Origin: Alphaproteobacteria bacterium
Lineage (GTDB): Bacteria; Pseudomonadota; Alphaproteobacteria; Rhizobiales; Hyphomicrobiaceae
Assembly (NCBI GenBank): GCA_019137195.1
Contig: JAGVSR010000072.1
Span: forward strand, 1 to 57,387
Reading direction: 5' to 3'
Length of the DNA: 57,387 nucleotides
This document shows positions 1 through 10,298 of the stretch, piece by piece. The notes below the pieces were generated by a model. That model searched no databases and had not been told where the DNA came from. It worked only from the letters and a program-made list of their open reading frames with translations. Position 1 is the first letter of the stretch; every line of letters begins with the position of its first letter. Made by a program: the position numbers and the translations under genes.

Positions 1-2463
1 CGGATCACGGAGGGAGAGAAGGTCCTGGTCGTGCGCTCGGAAGCTGCGCTGAAGTCGGCCGCAGACCTCGAGCAGGTCGTGCTCAAGAACGAAGGCACCA
101 GGGTCCTGCGTCTGGGCGACGTGGCCACCGTTCGCACCGGAAGCCTCACACGCTACGGCGCCGTGTCCATGAACGGGAAGGCCGAGGCTGTCGAAGGCAT
201 CGTCCTCGCACTGCGCGGCGCCGATGCCAATACGATCACCAAAGCCGTGCGCGACCGGCTCGTCGAGCTCGACCCGAACCTGCCGGAAGGCGTCCGCCTC
301 AACATCTTCTATGACCGCTCCGATCTCGTTGAGCGCGCAGTTGGAACCGTCAAGAAGTCGCTTGTCGAGGCGACGGTCCTCGTCGTCGTCCTCCTGCTCG
401 CGTTCCTCGGCAATCTGAGGGCGGCCATCGTAGTCTCCGTCACACTGCCCTTCGCCGCGCTTGTCTCGTTCATCATGATGAAAGGGTCCGGGCTGACGGC
501 AAACCTCATGAGCCTCGGCGGTCTCGCCATTGCCATCGGCCTCATCGTCGATGCGGCGGTCGTCGTAGTGGAGAATACGGTCGAGCGTCTCGAGCACGAT
601 CCGTTCGGCGGCAAGCTCCCGCTTCTGCACCACATCTACCGGGCGGCGACCGAGGTTGCCCTTCCGGTTGCCTCGGGCATCCTCATCATATGCCTCGTGT
701 TCCTGCCGCTCCTGTCCTTGCAGGGCCTCGAGGGCAAGCTTTTTGCGCCGGTCGCGCTGACCATCATCTTCGCACTCAGCGGCTCGCTTGTCCTGTCGCT
801 GACACTAATCCCGGTCTTGTCCTCGCTGGTCTTCAAATCGGGCGCGCATGGCGAACCCTTGCTCATGCGGCTCGTGACTCGTGTCTTCGAGCCGCTGCTG
901 AAAGGCGTGTTGGCGGCCCCGCTGGTACTTTACGGAGTCGCGGTTTCCGGGCTGGTCGCAGCCGTGCTGGCCTACTTTGCCGTCGGCAAGTCCTTCATGC
1001 CGGTCATGGACGAGGGTTCGGTGATCATTCAGACCACCAAGCTGCCTTCGATTGGCATCGAGGCCAGCGTCGCCGGCGATCTCGCCGTCCAGAGAAAGCT
1101 CCTCGACACGCTGCCCGAGGTCAAGACCGTGGTCAGTCGGGTCGGCAGCGACGAGCTCGGCCTCGACCCGATGTCGCCCAACGAGACCGACAACTTCCTG
1201 GTCCTGAGGCCGAAGGATGAATGGCGCGAGCCGGACAAGGAGAAGCTTATCGACCGCATGCGCGAGACTCTGTCCGGCTTCGCCGGCATGGAGTTCTCGT
1301 TCACCCAGCCGATCGAGATGCGGGTCTCGGAGATGCTGACCGGCTCGCGCGGCGATCTGGTGGTCAAGATCTTCGGGCCCGACGTCAAGGTACTGGCCGA
1401 CTTGGCTGCCCAAATCCAAACGGCCATTGGCAAAGTGCCTGGAGCCTCCGAGGTAGCCACAGTCGCCAACGACAGCGTCGACTATTTCAAGATCGACATC
1501 GACCGCCTGACGGCAGGCCGCACCGGCCTCTCGGCCTCGCGCATAGAGGACGAGCTCCGGGCCATGATCGAAGGCGCACGCGCTGGCGTCGTCTCCGAGC
1601 AGGCACGACGCATCCCGATCGTCATCAAGGGCGACGAGAGCATTCGCCGCTCGCCCGAGCAGTTTTCCGTCACCCAGTTCGCCGCAGGCGACGGAGGGCT
1701 GGTCCGCATCGGCGACGTGGCGAAGCTCGAGCGCACCGAGGGCCCGGTCAAGATTGACCGCGAGAACGCGTCCCGCTTCGGTCTCGTGCAGGCCTACGTC
1801 TCGGGCCGCGATCTGGTCGGGTTCGTGGAGGACGCACAGAAGGCGGTCGAGCAGGCTGTGCAGCTTCCTCAGGGCTACAACCTCTATTGGGGCGGCCAGT
1901 TCGAAAACCAGCGGCGCGCGGCAACGCGCCTTGCCATCGTCGTCCCGGTAGCGCTGCTGGCGATCTTTGCCGTTCTTTTCGCTACGCTCCGCTCCATTCG
2001 TCAATCGCTGCTGATCCTCGCCAACGTGCCGTTCGCGCTCGTGGGTGGCATCATCGCGCTCTGGATCTCGGGCGAGTATCTGTCGGTCCCGGCCTCGGTA
2101 GGATTCATAGCGCTGCTCGGCATAGCGGTTCTGAACGGCCTGGTGCTCGTCAGCTACTTCAATCAGCTGATCGACGCAGGGCTTCCCGCCGAGCGCGCTG
2201 TGTACGAAGGCGCGATGCGTCGCCTGCGCCCGGTACTCATGACGGCCAGCATCGCCGCGTTCGGACTAGTGCCGCTGCTGTTCGCCGACGGACCCGGATC
2301 AGAGCTACAGCGTCCGCTCGCGATCGTCGTAACCGGCGGCCTCGTCACGTCGACCGCGCTGACACTACTTCTGCTACCGGTGCTCTATCGCCGCTTCGGC
2401 GTCGTCACCTCTGAGGCCAACGAGACCAAAGGTGCAGTTTGGATCAGACACTTTGCAAGCTGA
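1..2463 (+). CDS. czcA: Heavy-metal efflux RND permease, CzcA/CusA family. 5'-truncated by the window edge; 810 aa are visible.
   Basis: 810-aa ORF with RND transmembrane hallmarks. The C-terminal LIDAGLPAERAVYEGAMRRLRPVLMTASIAAFGLVPLL is typical of CzcA. The reading frame is open to position 1. Confidence 0.85.
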   Translation, partial: RITEGEKVLVVRSEAALKSAADLEQVVLKNEGTRVLRLGDVATVRTGSLTRYGAVSMNGKAEAVEGIVLALRGADANTITKAVRDRLVELDPNLPEGVRLNIFYDRSDLVERAVGTVKKSLVEATVLVVVLLLAFLGNLRAAIVVSVTLPFAALVSFIMMKGSGLTANLMSLGGLAIAIGLIVDAAVVVVENTVERLEHDPFGGKLPLLHHIYRAATEVALPVASGILIICLVFLPLLSLQGLEGKLFAPVALTIIFALSGSLVLSLTLIPVLSSLVFKSGAHGEPLLMRLVTRVFEPLLKGVLAAPLVLYGVAVSGLVAAVLAYFAVGKSFMPVMDEGSVIIQTTKLPSIGIEASVAGDLAVQRKLLDTLPEVKTVVSRVGSDELGLDPMSPNETDNFLVLRPKDEWREPDKEKLIDRMRETLSGFAGMEFSFTQPIEMRVSEMLTGSRGDLVVKIFGPDVKVLADLAAQIQTAIGKVPGASEVATVANDSVDYFKIDIDRLTAGRTGLSASRIEDELRAMIEGARAGVVSEQARRIPIVIKGDESIRRSPEQFSVTQFAAGDGGLVRIGDVAKLERTEGPVKIDRENASRFGLVQAYVSGRDLVGFVEDAQKAVEQAVQLPQGYNLYWGGQFENQRRAATRLAIVVPVALLAIFAVLFATLRSIRQSLLILANVPFALVGGIIALWISGEYLSVPASVGFIALLGIAVLNGLVLVSYFNQLIDAGLPAERAVYEGAMRRLRPVLMTASIAAFGLVPLLFADGPGSELQRPLAIVVTGGLVTSTALTLLLLPVLYRRFGVVTSEANETKGAVWIRHFAS

Positions 2464-2813
2464 CTCTCGTCTCGCCGCTCAGCGCCGAGAACGTGGTGCT
2501 CGACGTGCTGCTCACGACGGAGCCGCCGATCGCCGGATTCACCAGTTTCCCGGTCGACGGTCACGGGGCGAGCTTCGAGACGGCAACCGCGAACGAACGT
2601 GTGCGCGGACGCGTCAAACGCGTCGCGATCATGGCAGTCCTGCCGCGAGCCCGTGTCGAGGCGCTCCTCGCTGAGCTCGAGGAGCGCGCACCGGAGCCGC
2701 ACCTCACCTATTGGACCGAGCCGGTGGAAAGCTTCGGCCGCATGCGCCACGTCTCCCACCGTCCGGCGCCACAGGCGAGCCTGAAGCACGGAGCAGACGA
2801 CGTAACGGCATGA
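2439..2813 (+). CDS. DUF3240 (P-II-like) protein of the kind commonly linked to czcA loci
   Basis: 124-aa ORF overlapping the czcA 3' end. The N-terminal KLTLVSPLSAENVVLDVLL...GFTSFPVDGHG fits the DUF3240 pattern. Confidence 0.55.
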   Translation: MDQTLCKLTLVSPLSAENVVLDVLLTTEPPIAGFTSFPVDGHGASFETATANERVRGRVKRVAIMAVLPRARVEALLAELEERAPEPHLTYWTEPVESFGRMRHVSHRPAPQASLKHGADDVTA

Positions 2814-2879
2814 CGCCCCGCTCGCTATCGAGCGAGGAAGGCACTAGCCTCAACAGATGATTCGGGTATCGGGGAAGAA

Positions 2880-4253
2880 ATGCAGCGCACGTTGCCGTTG
2901 ATAATCTGCGCGGGCCTTGCAGGCAGCACTCTGGCCGGCTGCACGGCCGAACCGCTCACGATCGAGCCTGCGGCCGTCGTCGAGGCGTCGGCCACCGACC
3001 GCGATCTGCCGCGACGCCCCTGGGTGCCGCCCGCGCGTCAGGCGTCGCCCGATGCAGGACTACCGCCCTATATCGACACGGTCAGCCTTCGCGAGGCCGT
3101 CGATCGCGCCATCCGTCACAGTCCGGCGGTCAAGGCGGCATTCTACGAGATCGAGGCCAAGCGAGGCGAGGAGGCACAGGCCTCGTACCGCTCCAATCCC
3201 GAGCTGTCGCTCGACATCGAGAACTTCGCCGGCAGCGGTGTTCACAGGGGCTTCGATTCTGCCGAGGAGACTCTGAGCCTGAGCCAGACCATCGAGCTCG
3301 GCGACAAGCGGCTGATGCGGCTCAAGGCCGCTCATCTCGACACGTCGGCAACCGCCTGGGACTTCGAGGCGGCGCGCGTTTCGGCTGCCATGCGCGCCTC
3401 CGACGCGTTCGTCGATGTGCTCATGAGTCAGATGCGGATCGACGTTCTCGAGCGGTTCATTTCCGTAACCGACAAGACGCTGAAGGCGGTGGATGCGCAA
3501 GTGGCAGGCGGTGCCGCCGTGCCCGTCGACCGCGACCGAGCCCGCATTTCCGTTGCCAAGGCCGAGGCGGCGCTCGAGACCGAGAAGGCGCGGCACGCGG
3601 CGGCGCGACGGGCTCTTTCGGTGCTCTGGGGAAGCGACAAGCCGCTTCTCGGACGGGCGAGCGGAAAGTTCGTCGCGATCGGCACCGTCCCTACGCTCGA
3701 CAGCATCAAGATGCACATCGAGAGCCATCCCTCGCTCGCGCGTTGGTCCGACGAGCTTGCGCGCCGGGCGGCCGTTCTCGATGTCGAACGCTCGAAATCC
3801 ATTCCAGACCTGACCGTTGGGCTCGGCGTACGCCGCTTCAGCGACGACGATACTGGCGCGCTCGTGGCCAGCGTTTCCATGCCGCTCAAGGTTTTCGATG
3901 GCAATCAAGGAGCGATTGCCGCAGCCGAGAGCCGCGTGGCCAAAGCCGACTACGAAGCCGCTGCGGCACGTAGCGAGCTCATGAGCGCTCTCGTCGAGGC
4001 TCACGGCGCGCTCACGGTTTCCAAGACCCAGCTCGACGTCCTGAGGAGCAAGGTCATGCCGGCCGCGCGCTCGGCCTTCGACCGGACCCGCACGGCGTTC
4101 GAGCAGGGCAAGCTCGATCTGCTTTCGCTTCTGGACAGTCAGAGAAGCCTGACCGAATCCGAGCTTGAGCTCGTCAATGCGGAGGCCGAGGCTGCCAGGT
4201 GGCGCATCAAGCTCGAGATGCTCGTCGGCGGCAACCTGGGGCAGGTCGACTGA
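2880..4253 (+). CDS. Outer-membrane efflux protein (TolC/CzcC-like OMF lipoprotein)
   Basis: 457 aa. Lipoprotein-type signal (LIICAGLAGSTLAGC). Two-repeat OEP architecture. RBS GGGGAAG lies upstream. Confidence 0.8.
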   Translation: MQRTLPLIICAGLAGSTLAGCTAEPLTIEPAAVVEASATDRDLPRRPWVPPARQASPDAGLPPYIDTVSLREAVDRAIRHSPAVKAAFYEIEAKRGEEAQASYRSNPELSLDIENFAGSGVHRGFDSAEETLSLSQTIELGDKRLMRLKAAHLDTSATAWDFEAARVSAAMRASDAFVDVLMSQMRIDVLERFISVTDKTLKAVDAQVAGGAAVPVDRDRARISVAKAEAALETEKARHAAARRALSVLWGSDKPLLGRASGKFVAIGTVPTLDSIKMHIESHPSLARWSDELARRAAVLDVERSKSIPDLTVGLGVRRFSDDDTGALVASVSMPLKVFDGNQGAIAAAESRVAKADYEAAAARSELMSALVEAHGALTVSKTQLDVLRSKVMPAARSAFDRTRTAFEQGKLDLLSLLDSQRSLTESELELVNAEAEAARWRIKLEMLVGGNLGQVD

Positions 4254-4386
4254 CCGTCACGCCGAGCATTTCACGTCGGCCTGTCAGGCTATTATCAGCT
4301 TCGCTGTGCATGTTGACCCTAGTCCGGCACTCGATCGGAGCCATCGCGGCTGCCGGAGAGCGAACGTGCCAAACTGGGGTTGCAAC

Positions 4387-4638
4387 ATGCTTGTCCGTCT
4401 GGTGTGCAGCTGTCTCATCGTCAGCGCTTGCGCCGCTGCCGCAAACGCGCACGAGATTCCATGGCGAGCCGGCATATCGCGCCAGGTCGGCTACGGATCG
4501 TGCGCCAAGGGTCCTTGTCAGAAGCGTGTGTCGTTTGCCTCGTCCGTTCCGCATAGCCATTTGGGCGGCGGAAAATGCGAGGGCAAAGGAGCGGGTGGCC
4601 TGACGGTGAAACGCGCGTTCGCATGCCCTGACGGCTGA
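4387..4638 (+). CDS. Hypothetical small secreted Cys/His-containing protein (83 aa)
   Basis: Signal-like N-terminus MLVRLVCSCLIVSACAAAANA. Cys and His residues (PHSH, CEGKG) are present. Third-position GC is only about 65%, so coding status is uncertain. Confidence 0.3.
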   Translation: MLVRLVCSCLIVSACAAAANAHEIPWRAGISRQVGYGSCAKGPCQKRVSFASSVPHSHLGGGKCEGKGAGGLTVKRAFACPDG

Positions 4639-4934
4639 GACCGGACTTTGCAAGGTCGGCCACGTGAACGACAATGCCCGATCCCGCGGGAGGTCGAGCA
4701 GGAGCGTTCGTGCCCCCGGCAAAAAGTCGGCAGCGAAAGATAGGGCAGACCGCCGGGCGCCACGCGAAGACCGAGATCCCGCACAGTCGTCCTGACCTGT
4801 GACGCCCGGTTCTACGAGATCCTGGATCCTCAGCGAGATTTCGAACGGCGTTTCAAGAGTGGCGCGCATGAGAAGTGAAACTTCGAACAGCGCCACGCGG
4901 GTTGGGTTGGCCGGCGGCAACCCGCAAGCAAGAA

Positions 4935-5011
4935 TGGCGCACCCGGCAGGATTCGAACCTGCGACCTCTGCCTTCGGAGGGCAGCACTCTATCCAGCTGA
5001 GCTACGGGTGC
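4935..5011 (-). tRNA. tRNA-Arg (anticodon CCG)
   Basis: The reverse complement reads GCACCCGTAGCTCAGCTGGATAGAGTGCTGCCCTCCGAAGGCAGAGGTCGCAGGTTCGAATCCTGCCGGGTGCGCCA. It folds as a cloverleaf with anticodon loop CUCCGAA. Confidence 0.9.
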
Positions 5012-5186
5012 CAGCGCCGGCCGGCATCGAAACGGCCGGCCGGCCGCGCCGCGGCGGACCACGGACCAAGCTGTGATAGCCCATTCGCGCGTCGCCCGCA
5101 AACGACTTGCCAAGGTGCCGCCGATCCGCAAAATGCCGCGCACGATCAGGTCGTTGACCGGCCAGAACCACGGGACAAGCCCCACC

Positions 5187-5666
5187 ATGCCCGAGATGAG
5201 ACCGCCGCGGCCAGGCGAGCTCGCCATTGAGCTCCCAGACCAGTTCGATGCCAGCCTCTATTTCATCGGCCGCATCCGCACCCCCTGGAAAACGCTCGCC
5301 GAATGCCCCAAGTCGACCTCGCTCCGGCGTGACGTCGAGGCCACCGTCGAGGTCGACCCGCGCTATATTCTGGCGCTGAAGGATGTCCAACTGCTCTCGC
5401 ACCTGATCCTGCTCTACTGGCTCGACCGCTCGGCCAGGAACCTCGTGCTGCAGGCACCGTCCCACGTACCCGAGCCGCGCGGCACCTTCGCGCTCCGCTC
5501 GCCCGTGCGGCCGAACCCGATCGGCCTCGCCGTCGTGGAGCTCGTGAAAGTGGACGGCAGCAAACTCACCATTCGCAACATCGACTGCCTCGACGGCACG
5601 CCGCTCATCGACATCAAGCCCTACCACGCCTCGTCCGACAGCGTGCCCGACGCACGCCGGCCGTAG
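5187..5666 (+). CDS. tsaA: tRNA-Thr(GGU) m6t6A37 methyltransferase TsaA (YaeB family)
   Basis: YaeB-like sequence (FIGRIRTPW...[11 protein letters not shown]...[12 protein letters not shown]). The start is set at [11 protein letters not shown]. Confidence 0.75.
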   Translation: MPEMRPPRPGELAIELPDQFDASLYFIGRIRTPWKTLAECPKSTSLRRDVEATVEVDPRYILALKDVQLLSHLILLYWLDRSARNLVLQAPSHVPEPRGTFALRSPVRPNPIGLAVVELVKVDGSKLTIRNIDCLDGTPLIDIKPYHASSDSVPDARRP

Positions 5667-5799
5667 CTCTCCGGCGGGTTCACGAACCTCTCTCACTGCC
5701 TGCCGAGTGGGTCGGGTGAGGCGGCCATCACCACGATGTTGCAAACGGGCCCTAGCAGGCCGCTACCCCCCGCGGCCGCGACGGCTTATAACGCGGTCT

Positions 5800-8700
5800 A
5801 TGACCAAGCCATCCAAAACCGAGAAGTCGTCCCGCACCTCCACCGTCCCTGACGGTGAGCCGGTGCCCGTCGTCAAGGGCAGCCACGTCTATCTGATCGA
5901 CGGCTCGGGCTACATCTTTCGTGCCTTCCATGCTTTGCCGCCGCTGACGCGCCCGTCGGACGGCCTCCCCGTAGGCGCCGTCCACGGCTTCTGCGCTATG
6001 CTGTGGAAGCTGATCGCCGAGAGCAAGGCCTCCGAGGCGCCGACCCACATCGCCGTCGTCTTCGATGCTGGCCGCGAGACGTTTAGGAACGAGATCTACG
6101 ACAAGTACAAGGCCAACCGCCCGCCGCCGCCGGAGGAGCTGGTGCCGCAGTTCCCGCTCATCCGCGACGCGGTGAAGGCGTTCAACGTGGCCTCGATCGA
6201 GCAGGACGGCTACGAGGCCGACGACCTCATCGCCACCTACGCCAAGGACGTGGTGGACAAGGGCGGCGACGTCACCATCATCTCGTCCGACAAGGATCTG
6301 ATGCAGCTCATCCGGCCGGGCGTCGTCATGCTCGACGGCATGAAAAACAAGAAGATCGGCCGCGACGAGGTGATCGAGAAGTTCGGCGTTCCGCCCGAGA
6401 AGGTTGTGGACGTTCAGTCGCTCGCTGGCGACAGCGTCGACAACGTGCCGGGTGTTCCAGGCATCGGCGTCAAGACGGGTGCAGAGCTCATCAACGAGTA
6501 CGGCGACCTCGACACGCTTCTGGCCCGCGCCTCCGAGATCAGGCAGCCGAAGCGGCGCGAGAAGCTGATCGAGTTCGCGGACCAGGCCCGTGTCTCGCGC
6601 GACCTCGTGCGCCTGAAGGACGACGTACCGGACGCGCCGCCCGTAGAAGGCTTCGGCCTCCACGAGCCCGTGCCGGAACAGTTGCTCGGCTTCCTGCGCG
6701 AGATGGAGTTCAACACCCTCACCAAGCGCATCGCCGACAAGCTCGGCGTCGAGCCTCCGGCACCGCTCGAGCGGTCGGTAGGGTCTTCGATCAAGGGCGG
6801 TGCGGCCGGCGAGCCGCCTTCCCCCTCGCGGGGAGGGGCTGCTGGCGCGGGGAGCCGACAGGAGGAGACTCGCGGTTCGTCCACCGGACACGGTCAAGAG
6901 GATCGTCCCCACGGCCCAGGAACGCCGGCAGCCGGCGCGGCCATCCTATCCCACAAGATCGCCGCCATTCCCTTCGACCGCGCGAGATACGAGACCGTCA
7001 CCTCAGCGGCCCGCCTCGGCGAATGGCTCGACGACTGCCGCGGCCACGGACGTTTCGCCTTCGACACCGAGACCACGGGCCTCGACCCCATGCGCGCGGA
7101 TCTCGTCGGCTTCTCGCTTTCGGCCGCGCCCGGTCGCGCCTGCTACGTGCCGCTCGGACACACGGGCGGCAGCGGCGACCTCTTCGGCGGCGGCGGGCTG
7201 CTCCCGGGCCAGCTGCCCCTCCGGCAAGCGCTCGACCTCCTGAAGCCGCTCCTGGAGGACGAATCGATCCTCAAGATCGGGCAAAATATGAAGTACGACG
7301 CCCTCGTGCTCGCCCGCCACGGCATCCGCATCTCGCCCATCGACGACACCATGCTCATCTCGTACACGCTCGACGCCGGCCGCATCGGCCACGGCATGGA
7401 CGAGCTCTCGGAATTCCACCTCAAGCACACGTGCATCTCCTTCGACAAAGCGATCGAGGCGGCACCCGGCACCAGGAAGTCGGAGAAGACCTTCGCCGGC
7501 GTGCCCATCGACAAGGCGACCGAGTACGCCGCCGAGGACGCCGACGTGACGCTGCGCCTGTGGCTGAAGCTCAAGCCGCGCCTTCCTGCCGAGCGCATGA
7601 CGACCGTCTATGAAACGCTCGAGCGCCCGCTCGTGCCGATCATCATGGACATGGAGAAGGCCGGCATCTCGGTCGACAGGCACATCCTCGCCCGCCTGTC
7701 CGGGAAGTTCGCGCAGGAGATCGCGCGCCTCGAGGAGCACGTCTACGAGCTCGCGGGGCACAAGTTCAATCTCGGCAGCCCCAAGCAGCTCGGCGAGCTC
7801 CTGTTCGACCGCCTGCAGCTCCCCGGCGGCAAGCGGACCAAGACCGGACAGTGGGAGACGCGGGCGGGCCTCCTCGACGACCTCGCCGCCAACGAGGAGC
7901 TGCCCGAGGACGCGCGCCGCCTCGTCAACGCCATGCTCGAATGGCGCCAGCTGTCGAAGCTGAGATCCACCTACACCGACGCGCTGCCCACCTTCATCAA
8001 CCCCGAGACGCACCGCATCCACACGTCCTACGCGCTCGCCGCCACGACGACCGGACGCCTCGCCTCGTCGGACCCGAACCTGCAGAACATCCCGGTCCGC
8101 ACCAAGGAAGGACGCGAGATCCGCACCGCCTTCGTGGCCGACAAGGGCAATGAGCTCATCTCGGCCGACTACTCGCAGATCGAGCTGCGCGTGCTCGCCC
8201 ACCTCGCCGACATCCCACAGCTGAGGCGCGCCTTCGCCGACGGCCTCGACATCCACGCCATGACCGCGTCCGAGATGTTCGGCGTGCCCCTGAAGGACAT
8301 GACGCCCGAGGTGCGCCGGCGCGCCAAGGCCATCAACTTCGGCATCATCTACGGCATCTCGGCCTTCGGACTAGCGAACCAGCTCGGAATTTCAAAACAG
8401 GAAGCAGGCGATTACATCACCACCTACTTCAAGCGCTTCCCCGGCATCCGCGACTACATGGAGGCGACCAAGAAAACGGCGCACGAGCGGGGCTACGTCG
8501 AGACCATCTTCGGCCGCCGCATCCACTACCCCGAGATCAACACCAAGAACCCCTCGATGCGCGGCTTCCTCGAGCGCGCGGCCATCAACGCCCCCATCCA
8601 GGGCTCCGCCGCCGACATTATCCGCCGCGCCATGATCAGGATGCCGGACGCGCTCGCCCACGCGAGGCTCAAGACCGCCAAAATGCTGCTCCAGGTCCAC

Positions 8701-8856
8701 GACGAGCTCATCTTCGAGGTCGCCGAGGGAGAGGTCGAGAAGGCGCTGAAGGTCGTGCAAAAGACCATGGAGCACGCCACCGAGCCGGCGGTGAGGCTTT
8801 CCGTTCCGATCCACGTCGACGCCAAGGCCGCGGGCAACTGGGAAGCGGCGCATTGA
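5800..8856 (+). CDS. polA: DNA polymerase I
   Basis: 5'-3' exonuclease, 3'-5' exonuclease and polymerase motifs (KTGRLASSDPNLQNIP, QVHDELIFE) are all present. Start chosen at MTKPSKTEK. A low-complexity Gly/Ala/Pro linker separates the exonuclease domains. Confidence 0.95.
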   Translation: MTKPSKTEKSSRTSTVPDGEPVPVVKGSHVYLIDGSGYIFRAFHALPPLTRPSDGLPVGAVHGFCAMLWKLIAESKASEAPTHIAVVFDAGRETFRNEIYDKYKANRPPPPEELVPQFPLIRDAVKAFNVASIEQDGYEADDLIATYAKDVVDKGGDVTIISSDKDLMQLIRPGVVMLDGMKNKKIGRDEVIEKFGVPPEKVVDVQSLAGDSVDNVPGVPGIGVKTGAELINEYGDLDTLLARASEIRQPKRREKLIEFADQARVSRDLVRLKDDVPDAPPVEGFGLHEPVPEQLLGFLREMEFNTLTKRIADKLGVEPPAPLERSVGSSIKGGAAGEPPSPSRGGAAGAGSRQEETRGSSTGHGQEDRPHGPGTPAAGAAILSHKIAAIPFDRARYETVTSAARLGEWLDDCRGHGRFAFDTETTGLDPMRADLVGFSLSAAPGRACYVPLGHTGGSGDLFGGGGLLPGQLPLRQALDLLKPLLEDESILKIGQNMKYDALVLARHGIRISPIDDTMLISYTLDAGRIGHGMDELSEFHLKHTCISFDKAIEAAPGTRKSEKTFAGVPIDKATEYAAEDADVTLRLWLKLKPRLPAERMTTVYETLERPLVPIIMDMEKAGISVDRHILARLSGKFAQEIARLEEHVYELAGHKFNLGSPKQLGELLFDRLQLPGGKRTKTGQWETRAGLLDDLAANEELPEDARRLVNAMLEWRQLSKLRSTYTDALPTFINPETHRIHTSYALAATTTGRLASSDPNLQNIPVRTKEGREIRTAFVADKGNELISADYSQIELRVLAHLADIPQLRRAFADGLDIHAMTASEMFGVPLKDMTPEVRRRAKAINFGIIYGISAFGLANQLGISKQEAGDYITTYFKRFPGIRDYMEATKKTAHERGYVETIFGRRIHYPEINTKNPSMRGFLERAAINAPIQGSAADIIRRAMIRMPDALAHARLKTAKMLLQVHDELIFEVAEGEVEKALKVVQKTMEHATEPAVRLSVPIHVDAKAAGNWEAAH

Positions 8857-8906
8857 GAGGCACGCCGACGCGGTGCAGGGGGGGCCGAAGCCGCGCGGCT
8901 CCGCGG

Positions 8907-8923
8907 CCAAGCTGGGAGCTTGG
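8907..8923 (+). terminator. GC-rich hairpin cluster downstream of polA; possible terminator
   Basis: CCAAGCU-GGG-AGCUUGG forms a 7-bp stem about 50 nt after the polA stop. It is preceded by the palindrome GCCGCGCGGC. There is no clear U-tract. Confidence 0.3.
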
Positions 8924-9347
8924 CCGGATAGGTGTCCGTAATGCCTTCGGAACCGACCGATGAGAACGAACACGAACTGGGACATCTACGGACGTCCGCA
9001 GACACGGACGATCAGATGACATGTACTTTCCGAACATCGAGCTGGTCTTCTTCGTGTCCAAGATCCGGTGGCGCAGCGCGCGCGGAACTTTTCGCGACTG
9101 AGGCTGCGTACGGCGCTACCGCTTCCTGGTGGAGTGCAACCTCTATGGCAGAGTGCCGGGCCATAGGCAATCTAGCGACCCGATTTTCGGCGGTAGGGTG
9201 CAGGTCACAACCATCAACTGATGAAAGCCAGGCCCGCATCGTCCTGGGGTGTATTGTTTCCGCACGCGCGCTCAAAGGCCTAGGACAATGGCACGCAGAC
9301 GAGCGCGTCGAGCACGCGACTTCTGACCGTCTAAAGAGGGCAGCCGA

Positions 9348-9593
9348 TCACCGCCGTCGCGCCACGGGAAAGGTCGCACTCCAGTAAAGCTCCTTGATGG
9401 CGAACTGGTCGAAACGCTGCTCGTCAACCTCGAGGATCGCACCCTGCAGCAGTGCCGGCTCAAGCTCTTCCATCGCGAAGCGCACAGCCTCAGCTGCATT
9501 GTCGAAGCGCCGATAGGACACAAGTTGGCGTCTGGTGCCGCGCCCGCGCGCGGGAAAGAGCTCAGCATGTGCAGCGAAATCGACGGTGGGCAT
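9348..9593 (-). CDS. Hypothetical small protein (81 aa)
   Basis: ORF lies 10 nt downstream of the 65-aa ORF on the same strand, suggesting a two-gene operon. No recognisable domain. Confidence 0.45.
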   Translation of the reverse strand: MPTVDFAAHAELFPARGRGTRRQLVSYRRFDNAAEAVRFAMEELEPALLQGAILEVDEQRFDQFAIKELYWSATFPVARRR

Positions 9594-9603
9594 ATGTCAC
9601 TCC

Positions 9604-9801
9604 TTACAAAGAACGCTTTAGCTCGCTTTCCCTGGCCACACGCTCGAAGCTCTCTGCCTGCGACTTGATGCGATAGCGGATCTCGCCGCCCTCGATCGGG
9701 AGCTGGCGCAGAACCTTGTATCGCCCCGAAACGCCGAGCGGCGATCCTTTGCCGGCGTCGAAGTAAACGTCCTGGCCGGCTTTGAACTTGTGCGGAAGCA
9801 T
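9604..9801 (-). CDS. Hypothetical small protein (65 aa)
   Basis: Third-position GC is about 77%. It is immediately upstream of the 81-aa ORF. Confidence 0.45.
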   Translation of the reverse strand: MLPHKFKAGQDVYFDAGKGSPLGVSGRYKVLRQLPIEGGEIRYRIKSQAESFERVARESELKRSL

Positions 9802-10298
9802 GGCGTCTCCAGTGGGTTTGTCTAAACCGCTCTTGCAGGTGAGGGCTGAGTGAGCATTCGTCCGAGCTTTCGTGCTTAGACTGACGCGGGACAGTACGTC
9901 TCCGAGCCCTTACATTGCGCCTCTTGTGGAAGATGCCGTTAGTCGGAAGCGCTGAGCCGTCACGGTCCGACGGCCCAGGGAAGAGGCATCCACGGCACTA
10001 TAGAAGCTGTTCCAGGCAAGTCGAACGTTTTGTTCGAGCGATATTCTTGAGTTGAGGAATCGTGATCGAAAACCAGCGCCGAAAATAAACATTTTTATTC
10101 CCTTGTAATTTGGCGCAGATAAGCCTACCTACGCATTATCGACTTTGGCTGGATGACAGGGCCGTGATGCGCCGCGAGGCGCTCGCCACTCCAGAACCCC
10201 CTCCAAAATTCGAAAATCAGAGCGGGTGAGCGCGTCGCAAACGCGCGCGCCCGCTCGTTGGCGCATGTTGCGCGCTCCAGGCAACGAAGGACAAAACA

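Noticed and set aside
805-2004. 399-aa ORF on the minus strand inside czcA. Similar long antisense or alternate-frame ORFs are at 5752..6912, 7003..8256, 15931..17619, 17769..19331, 21543..23579, 24020..26164, 27483..28556, 28244..29233 and 32632..34470.
   Set aside because: All lie antisense or out of frame to strongly supported genes. They are Arg/Gly/Pro/Asp-rich or stop-free by chance, as expected for about 68% GC DNA. They have no homology signal.
4207-4920. 237-aa minus-strand ORF between the OMF gene and tRNA-Arg
   Set aside because: It runs antisense across the OMF 3' end and into the tRNA flank. Composition is typical of spurious high-GC ORFs.
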